Shown here: positions 25,485 through 40,929 of the stretch, in pieces
How positions within the stretch are numbered: the stretch's first letter is position 1
Layout: the number at the start of each line of letters is the position of its first letter
Assembly: GCA_001179505.1 (NCBI GenBank)
Contig: CDMY01000542.1
Span: 62,001 to 126,000 of the forward strand
Length of the DNA: 64,000 bases
Direction of reading: 5' to 3'
Source of the DNA: Vitrella brassicaformis CCMP3155
Lineage: Eukaryota; Protista; Chromerida
Program-made: the position numbers and the translations under genes
The notes under the pieces: generated by a model
Told to the model about the DNA's origin: nothing
The model's database searches: none
The model's input: the letters and a program-made list of their open reading frames with translations, nothing else

Positions 25485-26989
25485 GAGATTGTTCATGTCC
25501 GTCTGTCTGTCTGTGTATAGGTTGCCCGCTCTGGTGGCGCCACGGAGGCGTCAGCTTTCTTCTTTGAGCTTGGCCCCTCCACCCTCGCCCTGCAGCGCGC
25601 CCTGGACGCCATCCTGCTCTACGAGAAGACCATGAGCACCGACGGCCCCTTCATCGTCAACTACTCGGCAGGCATCATCGAGGGCGAGTCCGACTGCAGC
25701 GGCACCGACGGCGTCTCACGCATGGCCAACGACTTCTTCCGCGCGGGCAGGGTGTTCGTCAAGAGTGCGGGGAATCAGGGAGGGGGCGGGGGCAAGAGGT
25801 GCACCGTCACACGGCCAGGGAGTGCCCATGGGATCCTCACTATTGGGTCGCTTGGCGACACTCCCGACCTCATGGACGATGAGAGATGCGAGGCAGAACA
25901 TATCAGGTACAGACACACAGAGGGCAGCTCAGCCATTCATCTCTCCTCTCTCTGTTTCTCACGTCGACAGCTCGTTCAGCTCGCGCGGCGGCGACGGCGA
26001 TCGCAGCATCGTAGACCTAGTGGCGCAGGGCTGCTGGTCCTCCATGTATGACACCGATGCAGGCTACACCAACAAGGCGTGCGGCACCTCCTTCGCCGCA
26101 CCAGTGGTGGCCGCCGCAGCAGCCGTCTTCGCCGACTGGTACCTCAACTCGCCCATCGGCAGCCTCATCGAGGACCCGGGCGTGCTGATGGCGGCCATGC
26201 TCATGATGGGCGACAGGGGCTCCAGCTCGGGCAGCAAGAGACTGGAGAAGGGCTTCGATCCACTGTGGGGCGCGGGGGCGCTCCGGCTGCGGAGGTTCGA
26301 TGACGCTGGGCTGGACGATCCTTGGAGGTAGGCACATCACATGGCGGCATTTGGTGTGGGGATTGGGTTGGTTGATGTGTGTGTGGGGTGGTGTGGTGTG
26401 TGTAGGTGGGCTCTCGGGTGGACGTGCATCGACGACGGCGAGATCCTCGAGCTGCAGGTCAACGAGGGCAAGAAGATCGACAAGGACGTCGACAGCTTCA
26501 CCGGGGTCATCTTCTGGTAACCACTAAGCCCCTCCCCTCTCACCCCCCCTCCCCCTCATACACACACAGCATCACTGTATCTGCCACATCCATCAGGTTT
26601 GACGAGAATGCGGAGCAAGGTCTGGCCTACGCCGACCTCGATCTGATCCTGAAGACGGCGGACGGCGACGAGATCATGGTGACGTCTGCCTCTCAGTTCG
26701 ACAACAAGGAGCGGGTGTGGTCGGACAAGGTGGGCGGCAAGTCGATCAAGCTGGAGGTGACGGGCTACGGCATCCCCACCACACGCGCCGACCCTATATG
26801 TGGAGACGCATCGCAGAAAGTCTACTATGGGTGAAGACAGACTCACACAGACACACAGAGGGGGGGCCATACGGCCATATGCGGGTGTGTGTGGCGTGTT
26901 GGGTGTGGTGGTTCAGGTGGTATTTCGAGGACCATGACAGGGATGACAGCAACGGCCCCACACTCGCCCAGGCGTCGGTGAACGTCTGA
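23836..26989 (+). CDS. Secreted S8 subtilisin-like peptidase with pro-domain and C-terminal beta domain, multi-exon
   Basis: Signal-like GAFIAAFVLLAG; EHAMGVASVLFG (His), VKSAGNQG (oxyanion Asn), CGTSFAAPVVA (Ser); C-terminal DLDLIL motif. Confidence 0.85.
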
Positions 26990-27760
26990 GCGATGCGATC
27001 CATCGTCCATTCCATCCATCCATCCGTCCATCCATCCATCCACACACAGACGCTGTTTTCCTGTTGCCTTATTGCTGATTGGATTTAACCGTTCCTCTTA
27101 ACTGAAGGGGATGTGTGGGAGGGAGCCAGCCAGGGAGGGAGGGAGGGAGGGAAGGAGGGAGGGGCTGATAGAGATAGGCATACATCAGGGGGGAATGAAT
27201 GACTGAGTAAATCGCACAGTTGTGCACTCACTCTGCCACACTCACTCACTCACTCACTCAGAGTCACATGCCGGGTTTTGGAGGTCTGCCGGCAATCGAT
27301 TGATGATGCCTCTGATGTACATACACCTTCCTGCCTACCTACCTACCTGCCTGTCTGTCTTCTGTCTGCCTGTCTGCCTGTCTGCCTGTCTGCCTGCCTG
27401 CCTGTCTCCCCTGCTAGGCTTGGCTTGCATACCTGTCTGTGTGTGTGTCCATGCCATGTATGTACAAGTGCCCCCCACCCCTCCTCGGTGCCTTTTTGCC
27501 CTATGCATGTCTGTCTGCATGCTGTCCGTCCACACATCCAACCATCCCTCCGTCAATGTGTGTGGGTCGGGTGTGTGGCCGCAGACAGACAGACATACAT
27601 ACCGGGAGCAGCTATGTGGGACGTACTGCCATGCCAATGAATGCCCTTGATTCATTGATCGATGATACATGGATGGTTGATTGATAGCAAGCAAGCCAGT
27701 GCAGCTAGCCAGCCGAATACTAGTCACTTCTTTTTCACCGCTCCTTTGTTCCCATGCGCA

Positions 27761-27797
27761 CGAGTCGAGTCGAGTCGAGTCGAGTCGAGTCGAGTCG
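27761..27797. repeat. (GAGTC)n pentanucleotide microsatellite
   Basis: About 7 consecutive GAGTC units. Confidence 0.9.
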
Positions 27798-28176
27798 ATG
27801 TGTGTGTATGTCTGTATGTGAGTGTGTGTGTGTGTGTTTGTTTGCAGTCACTTGACTGACGCAGATGGGACGCGCTGTGCCTCCCCGAACTGGGCGAGGT
27901 CCTGTGGATGGGGGTGGGAGTGGTTTATATACATGGAAATAAATGCATGGCTGCATGTCTGTGGAAAAGACAGCATCTCTGTCTTCGTGTGTGTGCGTGT
28001 GTGTGTGTGTGTGTGTCCGGCGCAATGCCGGGCGCCTTCTTTAGTAATCAGATTGGACACTTCGTGTACATAAATAAATCATGTCTCTCTCTCTCTCCTT
28101 CTCTCTCTCCGTCTGGCGCATCCATACACACCACCCACAGCTCAACACAAGCTTCTCCCTCCGTCCCCAACTTCAC

Positions 28177-29918
28177 TCACTGCTGCACAGGCAGGTGGCA
28201 GCCACACCTGCCCCCAAAGCGACACCCCTCCCCCACCGGCCGCCCAGCCGGCCGCACACGCATCGCCCTCGCCATGGCCTCCCTCTCTCTCTCCCTCTGA
28301 ATGTCCCTCTCTCTCTCAGCAATGAGCGCGTCAATGGCGCATTCTCTCCTCTGTGGCGGGGGCAGGTGCAGCACACGGGATCCAGGTGAGCTGGCAGGTG
28401 CCTGTGGGGCTGAAGGTGGGGGTGGGGGCGTGTCCACACGGGCGATACCCTCCACACGCACCGTTGTTGTTGCTGCTGCTGCTGCTGCTGGCGCGGGCGT
28501 GAGGAGGAACCTGCCATGGCCGTCTGGTGTGAGGCGCAGCTCTATGTGGTGGGGGAGGAGATATGGATGCTGGGGCGGGGGAGGGAGCTGATCGATGGCG
28601 TCGCTATGTGTGGTGGTGGACTGTGTGGCGCACAGTGAGGGCACGGCGGTGGTCTGCGTGGACCAAGTAGGTGGTGCTGGTGGCGGCACTTCCCTGATTA
28701 TCTTGTTCAGCTTGTCGGCCGTAGTTGTGTCCCACAAGGGTGTGACAGGGGGGCTGGTGAGGCCGCTCATGTGATATGCAAAAACCTTTTGTCCAGCTGG
28801 CGGCTCCTTGCCTTTGCACTGCACAGCCGCGTGGCTCTTGCCCATCATTGAACGCGGGAATCCCCCGTCAGACGAGGAATCGCCGCTGTTGCTGCTGCCG
28901 TCCTTATCCCAGGAGTCAGACGTGTCTCGTGGCCGTCTATCAGCAACAGCCGAGTGCCGTCCTCTCCTTCTCCTCCTTGATGGAAGGTTCATGTAGATGA
29001 TCTGGGGGGAGGGGGAGGGAGACGAAGAGGGGGAGGGGAAGGCATCAGCAACGGCGTGGTGGCCCGGCGACTGCTGGCGGAGCAGCTCGTCGATGTGGGC
29101 ATCCTGCGTGTGGGGATACGGACACACAGAGACACACAGAGGAAGGGAAGTTTTTGTGTCCCGCTCTGTCTGTGTTGGTTCCTGCATTTCTGCCCACCCC
29201 ACCTTTGCAGCCACAACGTGAGTGAGCTCCTTGACCATCCTCTGCAGAGCAGCCACCCTCTCACCATCCCGTGGGGACTGCTCCCGCACGCCCCGACTGT
29301 CCTCATCCGCCGTGTAACACACCTGCATCCACCCATCCATCCATCCACCCACCCACCCGTCCCTGCACAAGTATCGTTGCTGCTGCATGTATTCCCATAC
29401 CTTCTTTGCCCCTCCGCCCCCCTGCACGTGGACAGGCACTGCAGGCACACAGGGAGACGCCAAGATCTTGGACTGAATCGTGGTCATGGCCCTCCGGAGA
29501 GCCGCCACATCCTCACTCTGAGTCTGTGTCTGTGGTCGGTCGTCTCCGCGTGCAGGAGCACCGTCACCCTGGCAGCTTCCGGTGTCCTCCCTCCTACATT
29601 CACACAGACCCAGAAGTGACCACTTGGAAGGTGAGACAGAAAGGGCCCGGTCTGTGGGTCTTACGGTGGTGTAGAGAGGGAGGGTACTCCGTCGAGTCTT
29701 GACTGCAGACGGCTGAGAACGTCCTGCAGGCTGTCCAGCGTCTGCTGCTTCAGGGTCTCTATCTTCTGCATGTCAGCCTGGAACACACTCGCCTCGTCAT
29801 CCTCCATCCGGCCGCCACTCTCCTTCTGCAAAGGTACTTCCAGCTGTGAGAGGCTCCTCGACAGCTTCCCCACTAGCCCTTCCAATGTCCTCCACTTGCC
29901 GCCGTCCAATCGGCTCAT
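28177..29918 (-). CDS. Hypothetical coiled-coil and low-complexity protein
   Basis: ORF 29661-29918 (MSRLDGGKWRTLEGLVGKL..coiled coil) plus ORF 28177-29508 interrupted by microsatellite introns. 3' end uncertain. Confidence 0.45.
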
Positions 29919-30072
29919 CTGCCTTTCTCTTGGGGGCTGCGGGGGGGCTCAGCGCGCTTCAAGACAAACGAACTTCTGGTCTTTCCCGTGCCGTGTGTGA
30001 AGCAGAAGGCGTCCCCTTGTCATCTTGACGGTCTGGAAATGAAGCAAGGATGGGCGTATAGAACCGCTCGCG

Positions 30073-30087
30073 CATCTGCGAGCTTAG
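30073..30087. promoter_or_regulatory. CATCTGCGAGCTTAG motif in the divergent region upstream of GPT
   Basis: Identical to the 15-mer at 62841 and 62860. Confidence 0.5.
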
Positions 30088-30212
30088 ACGTGAGATCCTC
30101 AAGCCAAGGAGCTTTCCTCTGGCAGCATCCATTTTCCCTGCAACCGCCCCATCCCATCTACCCCATTCATCTTTACCTTCGTCAGTCGCCGCCCTCACAC
30201 AATCGGTCAGAA

Positions 30213-33072
<2,860 letters not shown>

Positions 33073-33639
33073 GTGAGTGAATGGATGCCTACAAGTGTGT
33101 GTGTCTGCACTAGGCTGGTCTGAGTGAGTGGATTGCATGGCTGCAGCCATATATACGCACAAGCCAGCACTGGCAGGCCCCTTTTTCGGCTTTGGCTGGC
33201 TGCATATCATGTTGGTTTCTCAGCTGACGGGTGAAAGCTGAGGGATGATTTGTATGTGTATCTGTCTATCTGTGTATGTATATGTTTATGATGGCTCTGC
33301 CACGCCACGTTCGGTCGCTGAGAGGACAATCGAGAGGGTCTACCTAGGTGCAGCGTCTGTGTCATTTTCCGGCTCTCTCTCTGTGCCTGTGTCCACCTAT
33401 CAATGCACATACGCAGTGAAGTCAGAGGCAGAGAAGGACGGCTAGGCCCTCGTGTGTGTGTGTGTGTGTGAATGGGATGGGCGCATTTTTCCCGCTTTTT
33501 TCGGATCGATCGATCCATCCACCCCTTGCCGTCTGCCTGTGTGTGAGGACCGCCCCTTTTTTACCTGTCTCTCTCTCTGATCAGCAATGAAGAGGATTTG
33601 TGTCATTGACTCGTTCTGGCATGAACAGGTCTGCATGAA

Positions 33640-36600
33640 TGAATGACTCAGCCGAACAGCGTCCGTCTCATGCGATGCAGAACTCATCGAGCGTCTCGCC
33701 TGACATGTCCGAACAATTCACCTGCACACCACACCACACCAGACAAACAAAGATGAGTCCACACCCTCCCTCCCTCCATCCCTGCGCGTCCATCCGTACG
33801 CACCACGTCAAGTGTGAGGTTGTCTGTGTGGCTCCACATGGCGTCCATCTGTTCCTTCCACTCGTGTATGGCCTGGACCTCCGCTTCGGTCAGCGAGGGC
33901 TCAGACAAACTCACCAGAGACACGCTGCTCTGACTGGTGAGAACCGACTTCGTGGAGCTCTCAACATCCTGCAGACAGACAGACAGACAGACAGGTGGCC
34001 GGTGGTGCTGATAGTCATGTGCTCACCGGTTCGTCGAAGCTTGTGGTGAATGTGTCCACACGGCAAATGAAGTTGGCGACAAACAACACGCTGGCCGAGT
34101 GCTGACACACGCGAACAACAACAACACACACAACCATGCCGCCGATCGTGTGAGAACTACCTTTGTGGGGTCGAGTGCTTGCAGGAATGTGGCCACATTG
34201 GCGAGAAAGGCATGCAGCGACGAAGAACACACGACGTGGCGGATGAGCAGCGCTGCGTGCACGTCGATGCAGAGATGGATGTGCGTCAGGTTGGGGTAGG
34301 CCGTCAACACACCGGGAGACAGCACGGCGTCCAACCGGCTCAGCTACAATTCAACACATACATACATACATCCGCGGATCCCATCCACACATGGCATGGC
34401 ACTGTGTGTCCCTCCCTCCCGTGTCTCTGCCTCTTTTCTCACCTTGATGTGCAGCATGCTGAGTGTGGTGCCGCCCCTGGCATTGAAAAACGACCAAAAC
34501 TCACACGACGGGTTGAGGACCTCACCCACAGACTCCAGCGTCTCGCAGCTCCGCAACGCCACAGCCTGAATGCAATGGAATGCAGTCACGCAAGGCACAT
34601 CCAACCATCCGTCCCCACACGACCTCTCACAATAAATATACATTCCCACCTGGTCTCTGCCAAAGCTGATGGGCGTCACCAATCCGTCGATTTGTGGATT
34701 TGTGTCATGTGAAGTCTGCGATGCGCTGCCTCCGCTGTTGCTGCCGGGCGAGCTCACGTGGCGGATGTCACGGGGCTCCGGTGTGTGCAGCATCGGGACC
34801 GGAGGCGGCAGCGGGTCTCGGTCAACACCCATGGCTGTGTCGGTGAGTGGTGATGGCGGGGGTGAGATCATGGTGATTGATGGGATGTATTCGAGGCCGA
34901 CCAGACTGGCGCTGGCCAGCGAGGGGACGGTCGACAGCTGCTGCATCACCACACACACATTGGTAGGGGTCGGCCGACGACGCGTGGCCTACATGGCAGA
35001 CAGACGGACAGACAGACAGACACGCAGTCACACATCCAATGTCATCCATCCGTCGTGGTGTCCATGTTGGCGGTGGCTCACGTGTGGCTGCATGATCTTG
35101 ATGTGGCATGTGTGCATTTGCTTGAGGCTGGACAGGCTGCCGATGTCCTGCAGTTCCCTCGGACACGACGAGAAGACCACCTTCAGCACCCGCAGCCCAG
35201 CCACACACTGCCGAACACAGCGCAGAAAATGGCACCTGCGTTGGACTCCCCACCCACCCTCAATTGCTCACCCTGAGCGAACTGACGCTGGCCGATGAGC
35301 TGTCGTTGGCTGAGCAGCCGACCTCCATGTGCAACACTGCACCACCACCAATATTGAAATGAAATGCAGAGTCATTGCAGACAGGCAGACAAGCTGTCCT
35401 CTCTGGTGCTGTGCTCATGGTGCCGTGCCAGTGAGGTTGGGAGCGTGTGCCAGCAGCCCCAGCGACTCGAACGGCAAGAGAGACACCGACAGCCGTGTGA
35501 GCCCTGAAAGCCGGTTCAGGCCCGACGTCATGTTGGACTGGTTGGACTGCAGCACACGATGGTGTGCCGACACCAGCAGCGCCCTGCCGTGCGCTGGAGC
35601 GATGAGCGCCCGGCCGCACGTGTGCAGCGCAGGGAGGCCATTGGCGACGTCGGTGAGGGATGTGAGGAAGGGTGGCAGGAGATAGCCCTCTGACGACTGA
35701 TGGGACTGCCCGGACTGGAGAATGTTGCCGCAGCCCACCAGTGCCAGCTCCTGAAGGCCGTCGTTGTGCTTGCTGATCATCGTCACACCGAGCTGCAACA
35801 TGAAGACACAGTGACAACACAGAGGGGGGGCTTNNNNNNNNNNNNNNNNNNNNNNNNNNNNNNNNNNNNNNNNNNNNNNNNNNNNNNNNNNNNNNNNNNN
35901 NNNNNNNNNNNNNNNNNNNNNNNNNNNNNNNNNNNNNNNNNNNNNNNNNNNNNNNNNNNNNNNNNNNNNNNNNNNNNNNNNNNNNNNNNNNNNNNNNNNN
36001 NNNNNNNNNNNNNNNNNNNNNNNNNNNNNNNNNNNNNNNNNNNNNNNNNNNNNNNNNNNNNNNNNNNNNNNNNNNNNNNNNNNNNNNNNNNNNNNNNNNN
36101 NNNNNNNNNNNNNNNNNNNNNNNNNNNNNNNNNGGGGGGAAATAGGCATTTGTGACCTCTGTGATGTTTGGGCATTCGATGAATGACAGCCGCATGAGAG
36201 AGGGGCGGCAGGCAATCAGGGCCGTCAGATCCTCATCGTCGCTGCAGAAAACCACACGTGGACATTTGTGTGCAGGGAACGGAACGGCGGATTTTTCTTT
36301 CTTCCTTGCCCACATGTCAGAGTGTGTGAGTGTCAGTTCTTCAAGATTCGATGCCAGCACATAGCTGACAGGGATGTATAACTCGCCTGTGAGAGAGAGG
36401 TTCCTGCCGCACATCACAGCGGCCTTCAACCTGACACACACAAGAGACAATTGAAGAGCCCATTGACCATCCGCAGATCCTTGGCTGATCACCGACCAGT
36501 CGGGCCACTTGTGTCTCAGCTTATGCACGGTCGTGTCCTTGGCACTTCTCACATCTCGCGTATCAATCTCCACGACAGCGTTGCTCTCGCTCTGCCAGAA

Positions 36601-36862
36601 AGTTTCTTGTTCCAGCGCCTCCCTCGACGTCTTGTCGGCTGCCGACAGCGCCGCCAGTTTCTGAGGGACACAAACCAACGCAGCCAGGGCAGAGGGAAGG
36701 AACGCAGTGAGAGGCGTCAAGAGGTTTTTGTACGTCGAAGGAAAGTGCGGGAAGCAGGGCGGAGCGGGTGACGTCAGAGGGCAGCGAGCAGGCGGGGCTG
36801 TCATCTGTGCAGTCCATGGGGCGGTGGTCAATGGACGACGCAGCCAAACAAACACGCTTCAT
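33640..36862 (-). CDS. Hypothetical leucine-rich-repeat (RNI/F-box-LRR-like) protein, interrupted by the assembly gap
   Basis: LRR-like segments LEELTLTHSD, LMRLSFIECPNITE, LQELALVGCGNI, LSGLTRLSVS, LSSLKQMHTC in several exons. Boundaries approximate. Confidence 0.5.
35834..36133. other. Assembly gap (300 N)
   Basis: Run of N flanked by G-rich tracts; the round length suggests a scaffolding placeholder. Confidence 0.99.
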
Positions 36863-36974
36863 GCCGCCCGGGCCAAACAAACGCGCTTCGCCGCCGCGCC
36901 TTTTGAAGATCGCCGAGGCGCCACGCGTAAATCGACACAACAAACCTGGCCACGGCGAGAGATCTGTGGAAACC

Positions 36975-38446
36975 ATGGATGACACTGACTATGCAGCCGC
37001 TGCCGAGTTGTTGCAGCGGCTCGATGCACTGCAGGTGAGCGAAGAACACACAACTGCATGGACACTCACCGTATTTTCCCGGCGCTTTCTTTGTCAGGAG
37101 GAGCACTCTTCGCTCACGGAGCAGCTGCTATCCCTGAGAGCCGACAACGAAGGTCTGGTTTCTTTCTGGCATTCACATGAAGGCATCTATTTGTCGCCGA
37201 TATCTTGGCTGTGTGCCTGTCTGCAGGTCTGACGCAACAGCTGAAGGAGTGTGAGAGTGCGGAGGGGAGGCTGCAGCATCTCATCCACCAGCACCAGGTC
37301 ACCAGCCTCAAGAAGGAGCAACAGACGTCTGCACTCACCATAGAGGAAAGTCAGTACTGACTGACCAAGCACCTCATTGCACGATTCATCCTCACCGCTG
37401 TGTGTGTGTGTTTCTGTGTTAACTGCCACCCGTCGATTCGATGACATCGACCAGTGCGTCAGCGGGGCGAGAGTGAGCGGCTGCAGAAAGAGATGCGGCT
37501 CCTCGACGACCAGACACAGGCAGTCATCACCGAGGAGAGCCAATACAGGTACGTATCTGCACGCCGACAAAGGGCGAGGGAGGTGGGCCAGCCATTTGAT
37601 GGCTTATGGTCACATGGTGTATTCTGTGTCTGTCTGGTGTGTTGCATTGCACGTGTGTCAGGTTGAGTGTTCTGCAGCAGTTGGGTGCGTTGCGTGAGAT
37701 GATTGACGGCAAGTGGGCCGACAGGCTCCGCGAGGCACAGACGCTGAGGGACACGAAGGCCAACCTGCAGACACAACTCACACAACTACAAATCGCACGG
37801 TCAGCACTGTGGGCAAATCGATAGACAGGAGAGAGAAAACACACTCACTGAGTGTGTTTGCGTGTGTCTGTCAGAGAGGACAAGCAGCGTAACATGGATG
37901 AGGCGCAGCAGCGGGCGGCCGCCATCCTCAACCGCACCGAATCACTCAAGACACAACTGCAGAACATCAAACAGGAACACCATGGTGAGAATCAGAGAAC
38001 GGGGACACCAGTGGGGCGCTGGCAACACGCCATTCATTATCTCTCTCTCCGTGTCTGCCTGTGTCTTTGGTGGCAGCGATGAAGAATCAGACCAATGCAC
38101 TCAAACGTCAGGTTGACTACCACAAGAACCGTAAGCGACAGAGACCAACAGAGATAAGGTATATTTGTTTGGCTGCATGAGTGCGTCTGGTGTGTGTCAG
38201 GCCGTGCTCAGGTGCAAAGCAAATATCGCGACGAGCTGGCGCAGAAGAAGGCCGAGCATCAACACATCAGCGAGAAGCAGCAGCACTACGAGCAGAGGCT
38301 CGACGCCGTCTCGCTCGAACACGCCGCAGTGCAAGAGAGAGCCAGACGTCTCGGTGGGTGGGCAGGGATGTATGCACTGCACGTGTGTGTGGGTGTACGT
38401 GTACGTTTGTGTGTCAGGTATTCCCGTCCCGCGTCCCCAAGAGTGA
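36975..38446 (+). CDS. Hypothetical all-coiled-coil protein, multi-exon
   Basis: Successive exons with heptad-like E/Q/K/L content (LTEQLLSLRADNEG; ESERLQKEMRLLDDQ; KANLQTQLTQLQ; YEQRLDAVSLEH) separated by GT-AG introns. Confidence 0.6.
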
Positions 38447-38784
38447 GTACGAATCGTGTCGAGGAAGGGGGTTGATGGCCATGCAGCAAGCCACACGCAT
38501 GGTCCATCTGGCTATCCACCACATCGCATCAGCACACTCACTAACAGACTCTTCATGTACACATCATGATGTGATTGATGTACACATACTCGTCAACATA
38601 CGTCAGTGTCAGACTGAGCGAGTGAGTGAGTGAAGGTCCGGTCCGCCTAGCTGTACAAATGCCCGCCAGCCTCCCTGCGCAGCCGGACTGCCTACTATTC
38701 ACAATGAATAAGCACTATCAAAAATTCTCGTCTACGTCACGAACCATCAGACCGCACCCACAGGCACTCACCAGCCATAATATA

Positions 38785-40656
38785 TCATATCCAGCCTCTC
38801 AGGTTGCGGTCAACCACCGCCTCCAGCACCTGCATGCCCAACTCGCTGTCATTCAAAGCGGGGATGTACCGCAGCTCGCCCTCGCCGCCCGTTAGGTGGG
38901 CGAACAGCTCTTTGTACTCTCGACCCACCTCGTCCACCGTCTCCAGGCAGTCTGACGAGGGAGGGGAGAAGGTACACAAATGACGGTGTGAAGGATGGAT
39001 GGGTAGGTGAAGGGCATACACACCCACCTGATGAGAAGCCTGGGCATATGGCGTCGACCTTCCTCACGCCAGCCTTTGACAGCTCAGCCAGTTTCTGAGG
39101 GACACAAACCAAACCAACGCAGGGAGGCAGAGGGCAGAGGGAAGGAATGCAGTGACAGGCGTGAAGAGGTGGGTCTTTGTGTGTGTTGTGGTACGTACGT
39201 CATCGAAGTAAGGCTGCAGCCACTCAGCAGGGCCAAAGCGGGACTGGAACACCATCTCCAGCTGGCCATCCTGACATCATCGATGCACCAAGAAGGTGAG
39301 CTCGCTCGTGTGTGCGTGTACCAATACTGGTTTACCTTGATGCCCAGCTCCTCTCGGATCAGCCGTGTGGTCTTCTTGCAGAAGCACTCGTACGGATCAC
39401 CCACTGTGGTCAGCCGGTCTTTGGGTATGCCGTGGTAGGACACTAACAACCTGTTGGCCACATACCATACACACAGAGGGATGGCATGGCATGGTGGATG
39501 AGGGGAGTGATCCAATGACTGACATTTGTGTGTATGTGTGTCTGTATGTGTGTGTGTGTGTGTGTGTGTCATCTCACCTTTCGCCCTTGCCGTGTTTCTT
39601 CCAGAACTGCCTCACAGACTCCGCGATTGCCTTGACGTACACAGGCTCCTCCACATAGCCATTCACGATCCGAACATCAGGGTGATACCTACCGTAGCCA
39701 CACACACACACGCATACACACCACAGCTGCACCATGTCATGTCATGTGTGGCGTCAACAAAGCACCTCCAGAGCATCATCTCCTCAAACAGCTTGTCGAA
39801 TATGCTGGCCGTCGTGGCTTCAGCTGGCTGAGGGTATAGAGGAATCACCAGCAGCCGCCTGCAGCCGCCCTGCTGCAGCCGTCGCAACGCCTGGTGGATG
39901 GAGAGGGGCCCGCTGCCGCCATAGCGCATCGCAACGTCCACTTGAAACTTCGACTCAGGATGCCTGTTGTGTTGGACCAACAGAGCAGCAGGGAGGGATA
40001 TACATACAGACCATCTCTCTCTTGCCTGCCTCCAATCTCTCTCTGTCTGTCCCCGGGTGGCTGACCGTTTCTGCAGGGACGTTTGGAGTTTTTCTGCCTT
40101 GCTGACGGCAGTTGCCACGAGAGGTGATCCTTTCTCCGTCCAGACTTTCTGGTACTTGAGTGCCGAGGCCTTGCTCCGGAACGGCAGGATGAACAAATAG
40201 AGGATGGGCAGCCACAGGATCCTTGGGAGGTCCACCACACGCGTGTCCGACAGAAACTCTGTATACACCAACCACAACCACACACACAAGCAGCACATGA
40301 GAGAAAGAATGGTCCATTTGCTTTGCTCATGGGATGGCGTATATGCCCTTACGGTATGTACCTCTGAGATATCGAAACAGAGCCGCGTAGGTTGGCGAGT
40401 CGGGAGAGCCAAGGTTCACCAATAACACGCCGATGATGGGTGAATCGGCCGTCTGGTGGAACACATTCGCCCTGAGATCTTCTTCGGATGCGGCGGGATC
40501 TGTCATCTGCCGCTTCTTCTGCCGGGCAATGAAACCTCCTCGAAGCTCCAGCAGGCCTCTCCGGCTGGTCATCAGCCTGTTGTGACTGCTTGTCGTCGCA
40601 AAGCACTCAAGCCAACACGCGGCGAGAAGCGGCGCCAGCATGAATCGCCACATCAT
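38785..40656 (-). CDS. hemH: Ferrochelatase (proteobacterial-type HemH) with N-terminal targeting extension, multi-exon
   Basis: GVLLVNLGSPDSP, EFLSDTRVVDLPRILW, AMRYG, PLYPQ..ATTAS, SYHGIP, FQSRFGPAEWLQPY, PGFSSDCLETVDE, YIPALNDS. Confidence 0.93.
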
Positions 40657-40929
40657 CTCGGGCCCGCTTCTTTGTGCATCTGCTTCCTGCTTCTTTGTCT
40701 GCAGCGGTTTGGGGAGCACTTCTTTGTCAGATGCGAGCTTTGAGGGATTTTTTAGTTGGAAGGTGCACCCACTATTCGAGCGGCGTTGAGGAACGGCGCG
40801 GCACGCTAAGCGACAATCAAAACAAAGAGGCCTGGCAGTCTGTCTGTCTGTTCTGGGCCTGCCTCCCTCCTGCCCTCCCTTCTTTCTCCCCTATTTACTT
40901 GTGTGGTCTGTCTGCCGGCAACACAGATA

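Noticed and set aside
35260-36855. The 531-aa ORF spanning the N run
   Set aside because: An artefact of translating through the gap; the real exons lie in different frames.
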